A DNA stretch of 64,000 nt from an uncultured Gemmatimonadales bacterium (GTDB lineage: Bacteria > Gemmatimonadota > Gemmatimonadetes > Longimicrobiales > Longimicrobiaceae), in contig OY970303.1 in NCBI GenBank assembly GCA_963716255.1, forward strand, positions 6,176,001-6,240,000, written 5' to 3'. The notes below the pieces were generated by a model, which made no database searches, was not told the DNA's origin, and was given only the letters and a program-made list of their open reading frames with translations. Each line of letters starts with the position of its first letter. Position 1 is the stretch's first letter. A program made the translations under genes and the position numbers. Positions 57,501-64,000 of the stretch are shown here, in pieces.

Positions 57501-58834
57501 CGCAGCCGGAATCCAGGGGGCTGCTGGAGCTGCTTACCCTTGCCGAGGCCAAGTCGTCCGAGGACGAGATTCGCGCACACGCCGAAAGGGTGCCCCCGGG
57601 CACGTTCTCGGAAGTGCTGCGGCAGGTGCCGCTGGCGACCGGGCGCCTCCTGCTAGTGCTCGCCGCATTGCGAGGCGTCGACGTGACCGAGATTTCAGAC
57701 CGGTGGCTCGCCTCGACAGACGTGGACGACGTCCGCGCGGCCGTGTCCGCGTTGGCATACATCGAGACGCCGGCATCCCGCGCCCGGGTGGCCTCGGCGG
57801 CGACCAACGCGGACTACAAAGTCCGACGCTTGGTCATGGAGGTGCTGGCCCGGAGTACAGACCACCAGCAACTAATGCGGGTGCTCGAATTCGAGCACGA
57901 CGCGAGCGCACCGGTGCGCCAGAGACTCGCCACGCTAATTGGGGAGCATCGTTGGCCGGAAGGGATTCCTGTGCTGCTCCGCCTCCTGGACGACACACGT
58001 GACAGTGCGTCTCACCACGCCTACGACGCCCGTTGGGAACCGAAGCTCGGTGTCGCACGTGCCGCTGCTGAGGCGCTGAAGGGGTTCGACGGCCTTCCGG
58101 ACGACGCTTTGGAGCGAATCATCGGGTTCGTGGAGGAGAAAAAAGCAGCGTCCCGCGACGTGGAGGTGCACGCATCCCTCCTCCACGTACTCGCGCCCGT
58201 TGATGACTCGCGAGTCGTTCCAATCCTTGGTCAGCTGATGAATGATGATCGCGTGATCGGGCACCACGACGAGCCACTTTACCCGGTCCGCTACGCTGCC
58301 GGATGGGCCCTGTTCCACCATCTCGACCTCTACCCGGGGGATCGCGATGCCGTCGATTGGGGTCAGGTGGAACGTGCCGCCGGGCATTCCGATCCGCAAC
58401 TCGCCGCACCAGGATTGTTCTTGCTCGGACGGGAGTTGAACGCGCCTACCCCGGGAACGCTCGACGTGTTGCGATCTCACGCGAGTGAGCCGCGCCGGGC
58501 GCTTGCACTGATGATGGTCGACGATTACGCGACGGCACGCTCGATCGCGGCGAAGTACGAGATCCTGCCGCCCGACCACCCGCTCTTCAGGGATGCACCG
58601 CTGGTCGAGACCTCGCTTCCTGATGACACACACCAGACCTGGCCCGCGACGACGACCATGGAAGCATGGCTGCGGGCTCTGGACATGGATCGGGATGTGG
58701 AGGGAGTGCTGCTGAAGGTGGCTGAGGCCCGAACCGGGTTGGACCTCGGTGTTACTGACTACAACGCGACGGTGCTGCGCCGTAAGGAACGGATTCCGGT
58801 CGTCACGCTCTCGGAGATGTTCGGGATGGAGTGA
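54569..58834 (+). CDS. Putative Avs-like defence protein: PD-(D/E)xK nuclease, STAND (nSTAND3-like) NTPase, HEAT repeats
   Basis: GYDYQ...EEDIE...VQVK; GPPGYGKS; FFLEDPWG; VITSR; C-terminal VRAAVSAL / VRRLVMEVL / VRQRLA repeats. Confidence 0.7.
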   Translation: MQASNASEDPLGGARTSRDDVNENGEGGGSASYRGYDYQKEVTAWVALTLFLERRSDALDQIIVEPASEEDIEADLNVSPDEATATVVVPAGTKLTVQVKFRGAGHWSAREFAELVLDKPRKGATGPTPRPRAKTLLLTDPARRYVLITNVTVDRALSPGRVERVDQAPSPSFVPPHVTRVSSEKEALQGRFAIVEGLTRRDLRNELHRQLRSIGHVPSPGIEQALQNILRIIEDRLLGLPSPLTRTEIEAIIQNAGGLPYPDRDLAEYREPANAAVARETLQRENAVLLIGPPGYGKSLTARRIVYEHQVDDPPFTVVRETEGIAGIDTLLGRPGRHVFFLEDPWGQARLDDDASRWTIELPKLLLRATADKRFVITSRTDILRRALGEGALKPWRKIACPISDDSYDVSTRWEIVKVKLRGGGSWMEDFAREHRDRILTELRSPYALARFARGLLDCPSLDDAKIGSLIAEAQVETIRSVVAEQVRGWASDGVPCAAITWALLRRGRRIVPARLKALQRALEEAPRPLEIDLEGFVEHFRPMNLHQADDGSLTAHGKVVEGLEDVVVLYRREAERTVGKAIHAIELLRDRDESYAGEILAFAEAADSIPRSTGFELAPDVRAIVDDLVVGRLVTAGPDDFARALNDVVFRASQERPLSRLARYLDLGQPEREDKEAVGFGYGWRPPQLNGAEISAIRSEPDAERIVAMWISHVLPLESTDYDARKLLAWLDPIGFDLRAAFLEGCQIVSETPRFLTNADTVVEGALHRPMPPYEAVFALLERWEESLDAVWDGRLKGRKAWQGEADFTEQLHLQDEMEELGTAVGHGVRGYVRSRRAAEGYAWIADHRRRDLLMPAWAEELRFAPDTTVEELDAYFEITSSAQEREQGLLIIGEKKLAAAAPRLHEALRTGSAREREMAVHSLRWLYDGSTVEAALMAAMAEVDLVGQIELFSAARKAGAHSQERRELMRRLQDVAQPESRGLLELLTLAEAKSSEDEIRAHAERVPPGTFSEVLRQVPLATGRLLLVLAALRGVDVTEISDRWLASTDVDDVRAAVSALAYIETPASRARVASAATNADYKVRRLVMEVLARSTDHQQLMRVLEFEHDASAPVRQRLATLIGEHRWPEGIPVLLRLLDDTRDSASHHAYDARWEPKLGVARAAAEALKGFDGLPDDALERIIGFVEEKKAASRDVEVHASLLHVLAPVDDSRVVPILGQLMNDDRVIGHHDEPLYPVRYAAGWALFHHLDLYPGDRDAVDWGQVERAAGHSDPQLAAPGLFLLGRELNAPTPGTLDVLRSHASEPRRALALMMVDDYATARSIAAKYEILPPDHPLFRDAPLVETSLPDDTHQTWPATTTMEAWLRALDMDRDVEGVLLKVAEARTGLDLGVTDYNATVLRRKERIPVVTLSEMFGME

Positions 58835-58970
58835 CAAACCTCGATGGTGCCCGGCAGGTATTTCGTCCAGCCTGTTTGGGACCACGCTTTGAGGCAGAGT
58901 GACACGCTACAGGCGGCCAAAAACGGATCGCTCCACCTGCCCAACCAGTAGAACCGGTGAGCTGGGCGGC

Positions 58971-60143
58971 TCACAGGCAGCCGAACAGGTCCTCCTGCAG
59001 TTCCAGGGGGTGAGGAGGGGGAGGCGCCGCCGGCCGCACCTCCCAGAGCAGCGCTTCGTGGCTGGGGCGCGGGGACCACACCCCGGCGGGCGAGCGAACG
59101 TAGCGCGGCGGGTAGAGCTCCGGCAGGTAGTGCTCGGTCCGTGAGTTCCGGAAGAGGTCCGCTGGCGCCACCCAGTTCATCGGGCTGTCGTAGATCGCGC
59201 CGTGGTGCAGCTTCCAGTACCGGAGTGTCTGCTGGAAGCGCCGGTGCAGTTCGCGGGCGGCCCGCTCCAAGTTCCCTGCGCAGCGGACACGCTCCAGCGC
59301 GCTCTCCTTCCGATCGTCCACGAGCAGGACCTCGCTTGCATCCCCGTCCCGTGCCTCCAGGAGCATCCAGAACAGGCGACGTGTCCGGGTGCCTGTCACC
59401 GGGTACACGTCCACGATCCGGACTCTCCATTCCTCCAGGCTGGACAGGAGCGGCGGCTCCGGAACCGGCGAGGGGCGCACCCATGCCCGGATAGGAGGCG
59501 CGGCCGCGGCGGGTGGCTCTTCCTCGTGCTGCGGGCAGACCCAGGTCGTGCGGGGGGAATACTCGAGGAACGGGAGCGGGAGGGCAGGGGACCAAGGAGT
59601 ACCCTCCCAGCTCTCCAGCCCGGCACCGACCTCCACCCAGGGGATTCCGAGCGAGGCCAGGGCTTCCGCTTTGCCCTCAGACACGGCGTGCGTGAAGCGA
59701 ACCTCCACCGCGGCGATCGGCACTCCGTCGCGCAGGAGCACGATGTCCGGCCGGACTGGGTGGACCAGACGCTCGACAGCAACCTCGTTCCACCCGGCGG
59801 CGATCTCGCGCGGGTCCCCCTTCCCGCACCCCTCGTCGCAAGGCTCCAGGACGTACAGCCGGGCGGCACCGTCGAGGCGCGCTGCGAGAAAACGCTTCGT
59901 GTTGTAGTGGGCCGCGCCCTCGCCGGTGGTCAGGGCGCACCGGGAGGGACCCCGATGCGCGAAGTGGTGCCTGCGGACCGCTCCCAGTCGGAAGACGAGA
60001 GGGTGCTCGCACGCTTCGCAGTGTGCCGGTGGGCGCTTGCCCCAAGGGATCCGGTCGAACTCAGAGATGTGCCGGACGCGGCCGTCGATCACGGCCCATG
60101 CGATCTGGACGTCTTCGGTGGATTGTGGTGGACGGCAGGTCAT
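58971..60143 (-). CDS. CoiA-like protein (Zn finger plus PD-(D/E)xK nuclease)
   Basis: CEAC...RRHHFAH...C...EGAAHYNTK; RPDI...AVEVRFTH. Confidence 0.7.
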   Translation of the reverse strand: MTCRPPQSTEDVQIAWAVIDGRVRHISEFDRIPWGKRPPAHCEACEHPLVFRLGAVRRHHFAHRGPSRCALTTGEGAAHYNTKRFLAARLDGAARLYVLEPCDEGCGKGDPREIAAGWNEVAVERLVHPVRPDIVLLRDGVPIAAVEVRFTHAVSEGKAEALASLGIPWVEVGAGLESWEGTPWSPALPLPFLEYSPRTTWVCPQHEEEPPAAAAPPIRAWVRPSPVPEPPLLSSLEEWRVRIVDVYPVTGTRTRRLFWMLLEARDGDASEVLLVDDRKESALERVRCAGNLERAARELHRRFQQTLRYWKLHHGAIYDSPMNWVAPADLFRNSRTEHYLPELYPPRYVRSPAGVWSPRPSHEALLWEVRPAAPPPPHPLELQEDLFGCL

Positions 60144-60395
60144 GCGTCAGGAGGTGGGCTGTGCCCACCAGTCATCGGTGAATTGCCTCAGCGAGTTCTG
60201 CCTTAAACAGGAGCTCAGAGCGGAAGGCCGATCCCCAGAATGTGATAACCCTCAGTGGGATCCAGGGTTCTTGTACCTGTAGCAGGGCGGATCTATACTC
60301 GGATAATAGCGCGGAGTGAGTCTTCCAGGGCTGAACCTCTCCCGCACCACGCAAGTTTGACGGCCTCGTCTATCATCGCAGTCCCAAGATCAGAA

Positions 60396-61268
60396 ATGGA
60401 ACCCCGCAGCTTCAAGAGAATCGCCTCGCTACCGCTCGCCGAGCGGATCCCGTTCATCTCCGACGGCCTGATACTGCTCGCCGAGAATGTCGGCGGGCTG
60501 CTTCGAGAGGCAAAGTCCTGCTGGCCGGAAGCGCCGCGTGCTTCGGCGATCGCGGGGAGCGTCGCGGCAGAGGAGGCTGCGAAAGCGATCATGCTGGTCG
60601 ACTATCTGCGCCCCCAAGAAGGCGTGGACAACGCTCGCCTTTCGGACCACCTTGGGAGCGTCGTGGACCACGTTGCGCGGGGCGCGTACGTCGAGTCGTA
60701 CGAAGGCCGTCCTCTCGACTTCGCAGAGATGAGGCGCTACGTGGATCTTACCCGTATGCCCTACTACCTCGACGGCCCCACCGGGTACGACTGGATCTTC
60801 CGAAACTCAATCGAGGCCAGGCGGGAAGAGCTATTCTACGTCGACGCGGTCCATTCCGGCGCCGGCCTGGAATGGCTTGGACCGGGTGCCACGGTCGAGC
60901 TGATCAAGAGCGTGCCCAGCTTCGCAAGACACGATCCCGACGTCCGTCGGATCTGCACGCTCCTCCTTGACCTCCACTCGGCGGGACTGCTCCAGCCGGA
61001 ACCGCTCAAGATCCTGCGCGCGCTCTGGGCGGGCGTCGAACTCGACGACTCCACCGGATGGCGAGTGTACGACGCCCTGAACCGAGAATTTGTGGAGCGG
61101 TCCCACGCGAAGGGTCTGGTGACGGACGAGCGCTACCTCGACCGAATTGTGGACTGGCTCCTCTTCCCCCTGTGCAGTGTCCACCTCCGCGCATTCACCA
61201 CCGACGCGCGCAAGCGGCACCGGGCTGAGCTGGAGCAGCAGCAGATGGATGCCGCGAGTTCGGATTGA
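60396..61268 (+). CDS. AbiV-family abortive infection protein
   Basis: ENVGGLLREA, AEEAAKAIMLVD, DHVAR, RREELFYVD. Confidence 0.7.
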   Translation: MEPRSFKRIASLPLAERIPFISDGLILLAENVGGLLREAKSCWPEAPRASAIAGSVAAEEAAKAIMLVDYLRPQEGVDNARLSDHLGSVVDHVARGAYVESYEGRPLDFAEMRRYVDLTRMPYYLDGPTGYDWIFRNSIEARREELFYVDAVHSGAGLEWLGPGATVELIKSVPSFARHDPDVRRICTLLLDLHSAGLLQPEPLKILRALWAGVELDDSTGWRVYDALNREFVERSHAKGLVTDERYLDRIVDWLLFPLCSVHLRAFTTDARKRHRAELEQQQMDAASSD

Positions 61269-61404
61269 CTGTCCGGCGGGATCAACGGCAGGCCGCGTCG
61301 GCCGGGGCCAAGCCCGGACGCAGCGCCAGCGCGGCAGACCCGGAGAGCATTAGAGTTTCGCGGCCCGGCTATTTGTCTCACTCACCACAGGGTTCCGAGG
61401 TCCT

Positions 61405-62079
61405 ATGTCAACTCTGTACTCCTACGTGGTGAAGCACGACTATGGTGCGGCACCCAATCCGTTCTGGGGCGTGTGCTCATTGGTCATATGTAAGCCCCAG
61501 ATCCGCCGGTCTGCTACGGATGGCGACTGGATAGTCGGAACTGGCTCGGCCTCGTCGCCGTTGGGCGACATTCGTGATCATCTGATCTTCGCGATGAAGG
61601 TTACGCGGAAGATGCCAATGGGGGACTACGACGCCTACTGCCGCGATCAACTACCCGGAAAGATTCCAGAGTGGAGGTCCAGAGATCCACGGCGACGGGT
61701 TGGCGATGCGATCTACGATTTTTCCGTCCGCCCCCCCAGATTGCGGCCGAGTGTGCACTCGGAAAGAAATCGTGAACGGGACCTCGGTGGCCTGTACGCG
61801 CTCTTGTCGGAGCACTTCTTCTATTTCGGGAGTCAGCCGATTCCGCTACTTCCGCAGCTTCACGCGATGATCGCGGGGCGAGGGCACAAGTCGGTGGCCA
61901 ACGAGCCGTACCTTGGCCTGTTCCTGAGCTGGCTCGATGGGTTAGACCTTTGTCCGAACCGCCTCTACGGCAAGCCCGAGGGCCCTTTCTTCAACGGCTG
62001 GGATCTTGAGGCTGCAGGTGGCCAAGTGGCTCCACAGCCGACTTCACCTCAACTGGACCGTGAGCTTGGATGCGGTTAG
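61405..62079 (+). CDS. Nucleotide modification associated domain 2 (Nmad2)-like protein
   Basis: LYSYVVKHDYGAAPNPFWGVCSLVICKPQIRR, GDWIVG, GDAIY, LLSEHFFYFG. Confidence 0.75.
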   Translation: MSTLYSYVVKHDYGAAPNPFWGVCSLVICKPQIRRSATDGDWIVGTGSASSPLGDIRDHLIFAMKVTRKMPMGDYDAYCRDQLPGKIPEWRSRDPRRRVGDAIYDFSVRPPRLRPSVHSERNRERDLGGLYALLSEHFFYFGSQPIPLLPQLHAMIAGRGHKSVANEPYLGLFLSWLDGLDLCPNRLYGKPEGPFFNGWDLEAAGGQVAPQPTSPQLDRELGCG

Positions 62080-62195
62080 ACGCCGAGCACCCGATGGTGA
62101 CGAGATCTGCGCCAAATCTGTGAGTGTCGACAATTTGTGTGTCCCCCACCAGCTAGGCGGCTGCGGGGGTTAGTGGAGCGATCGGTTCGGGGCGA

Positions 62196-62795
62196 TCACA
62201 TCACCCGGACCACCCCGGTGACCACCCCCTGGATCACCACCTCGGAGGCTTTGTAAAGCAGGGGAGCGAGCGCGGGGTTCGCCGGCTGCAGCCGGATCCG
62301 GCCGCGCCGCTCCCGGTAGAAGCGCTTCACCGTGGCGGCCGAGCCGCCGATCAGCGCCACTACCACCTGACCGTTGCGGGCGGCCTGCTGGGCCCGCACG
62401 ACGATGTAGTCGCCGTCGCGGATCTGTTCGTCGATCATCGAGTCCCCCCGGACCTGCAGCACGTAGTCACCGCGCCGGAGCATCTCGGGGCAGAGGCTGA
62501 ACGTCTCCTGCTGCTCCGCCACCTCGATGGGTTCCCCGGCCGCCACGAAGCCGAGCAGCGGCAGCTCGTGCAGATCCTCGGCTGGCCGCACTACCTCCAG
62601 CGACCGTGGGCGGTTCGGGTCGCGCCGCAGGTGGCCCCGGCGGATCAGCGCCGCGACGTGCTGGTGGGCGTTCGACACGGAGGAGAAGCCCATGTGCTCG
62701 GCGATCTCCTCAAGGCTGGGAGCGAACCCGTGCTCCCGGGTGAACGCCTCGATGAAGTCCAGCACCTGGCGCTGTCGGGGAGTGATGGAGGCCAT
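62196..62795 (-). CDS. lexA: LexA repressor
   Basis: TPRQRQVLDFI wHTH, VAAG cleavage site, GDSM, TVKR; AGGAG RBS. Confidence 0.93.
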   Translation of the reverse strand: MASITPRQRQVLDFIEAFTREHGFAPSLEEIAEHMGFSSVSNAHQHVAALIRRGHLRRDPNRPRSLEVVRPAEDLHELPLLGFVAAGEPIEVAEQQETFSLCPEMLRRGDYVLQVRGDSMIDEQIRDGDYIVVRAQQAARNGQVVVALIGGSAATVKRFYRERRGRIRLQPANPALAPLLYKASEVVIQGVVTGVVRVM

Positions 62796-62938
62796 TCGCT
62801 CCTGGAGGCGTGGGACACTGGGGGTCGCCTGCATTGTAGCAGGCGCCTACGTCGCGTGTCTACGCCCTGGAGTAGCCGGGTGTGGAGGTGCCCGCAACAA
62901 GCCGGCAAGCACTCGTTTCTCAGGAGGTTTGAAATTAG

Positions 62939-63136
62939 ATGAAGATAGTCGACCGGCTGATTGAAGGCCTGCAGATCCTCAAGCGCTACGAGCCCAACCT
63001 CTCCCCGTTCCCAAGCCATCGTGCCCGGCGGGTCTTGCACATCCAAGAAGAGGGATTCGCAGAGGTCACTGAGGACGATCAGACGAAACTGCGGGAGCTC
63101 GGTTGGGAAGGGAGTGGGTTTCTCTGGACATTCTGA
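62939..63136 (+). CDS. Small hypothetical protein divergent from lexA
   Basis: AGGAGG upstream; 65-aa ORF. Confidence 0.4.
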   Translation: MKIVDRLIEGLQILKRYEPNLSPFPSHRARRVLHIQEEGFAEVTEDDQTKLRELGWEGSGFLWTF

Positions 63137-63200
63137 GCCGGGGTGCCCCGCTCTCGCGCACTGACGTCGTACGCCACGCACTACACTCGGGAGATTGGTA

Positions 63201-63941
63201 ATGGTGAATCGCTGGGTCTTTGTGGGGATCTTTCTTGGTGCATTCCTCTCCCCGAGGGAGGGTGTGGCCCAGGGTGGACGCGCGGCGTCGCGCCCCTCCG
63301 CCCGGCCCGGTCAACCGGATGTGCGCTTGGTCGGGCCACCGACTTGGTGGATCGTCCCGTTCAAGGAGGGTAACACCGCGGAAGGCAAGCTCTACTTCGG
63401 CGCCACCGTCGAGAACCGCTCGGATGTGGTCGCGGCCGTCGGGTTGAGCTTCCAGTCGTACACGGCCGAGGGGGCCCGCTACGAGGGCTGCTACGAGATG
63501 GGCGGGGGCGGGCCCGGCGTCTACGACGAGGTCCCCCCGCGCGGGCGGGCCTTCCTCATGTGCCAGCGGAGCATCGTCCCGGTGGACCGTGCGGGCCTGC
63601 AGGTGACCACCCGGATGTGGGACGTCCGGCCAGTGACCGTCCGGGCGACAGCGGCACGGGTGGTCGGGTCGGGGCTCGAGGTGGCCGAGGAGTATCTCGA
63701 CGCCACGGCGTACGACGCCTTCGCGCTCGTGCGGGGCCCCGGGGGGCGGGACGTGGAGTTGCGCGTGGTGTTCCGGTTCCTCGCCGAGGATGGGACCCAG
63801 GTCGCCACCTGCGAGTCGGACGACGTGACCGTCGAGCCGGAGGTCGCGCAGCGCGTGACGTGCTCCAGCACCGCGACCGTGGTCCCCGGGATGGAGCGGC
63901 CGGTGCGCGTGCGCGCCGAGCTGCGGGCCGCTGAATGGTAG
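63201..63941 (+). CDS. Hypothetical exported beta-rich protein
   Basis: Signal-peptide-like N-terminus; two Ig-like repeats each with a Cys pair. Confidence 0.6.
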   Translation: MVNRWVFVGIFLGAFLSPREGVAQGGRAASRPSARPGQPDVRLVGPPTWWIVPFKEGNTAEGKLYFGATVENRSDVVAAVGLSFQSYTAEGARYEGCYEMGGGGPGVYDEVPPRGRAFLMCQRSIVPVDRAGLQVTTRMWDVRPVTVRATAARVVGSGLEVAEEYLDATAYDAFALVRGPGGRDVELRVVFRFLAEDGTQVATCESDDVTVEPEVAQRVTCSSTATVVPGMERPVRVRAELRAAEW

Positions 63942-63952
63942 CCGGCTCCTCC

Positions 63953-64000
63953 ATGTGGCTGCTGGTGCTGGCCGCCGTGCTGGCTGGCTGCGGGGAGGAC
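63953..64000 (+). CDS. Partial lipoprotein running off the window
   Basis: MWLLVLAAVLLAGCGED with lipobox LAGC. Confidence 0.45.
   Translation, partial: MWLLVLAAVLAGCGED

Larger units (their letters stand above)
47278..64000 (+). mobile_element. Tn7-like transposon at attTn7 (glmS); distal end not found in the window
   Basis: End repeats, tnsD/A/B/C homologues, cargo with visibly lower GC, absence of host repeat families A-C; extent beyond about 62 kb is uncertain. Confidence 0.8.

Noticed and set aside
62080..62195. Possible distal Tn7 end before lexA
   Set aside because: No CCCGACTTTA-type sites and no ACA-ACGGC junction found
47278..64000. CRISPR-associated transposon (CAST)
   Set aside because: No cas genes or array in the window, and a full-length TnsD explains glmS targeting; the unseen distal part cannot be excluded

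Overview
High-GC bacterial chromosome segment; gene content and style suggest a Gemmatimonadota/Longimicrobium-like organism, but that is an inference. Positions 1-47252 are mostly housekeeping genes (glyA, miaB, comEC, fbp, ppdK, pruA, NifU/Mrp, an ECF sigma operon, menaquinone genes, mutM, purD, a cystathionine gamma-synthase/lyase, glmM, glmS). They are interspersed with two toxin-antitoxin pairs, a Sir2-pYEATS gene, an orphan deaminase-fold gene and three related families of structured intergenic repeats. The most novel-looking locus is 13.6-18.4 kb: a close homologue of plant extensin O-glycosyltransferases (SGT1/HPAT) lies convergent with an operon encoding an HprK-like (pseudo)kinase, a PqqD/RRE-fused twin-Arg protein with an extensin-like [G/S]P5 repeat, and a DUF6065 protein. 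A Tn7-like transposon starts at 47278, 25 bp after the glmS stop. It has an unusual tnsD-first order, an in-frame TnsD-TnsA fusion ORF, tnsB and tnsC, followed by defence-like cargo (nuclease-STAND-HEAT, CoiA-like, AbiV, Nmad2) and lexA. Its far end was not found in the window. All family assignments come from motif recognition by eye; no searches were run.
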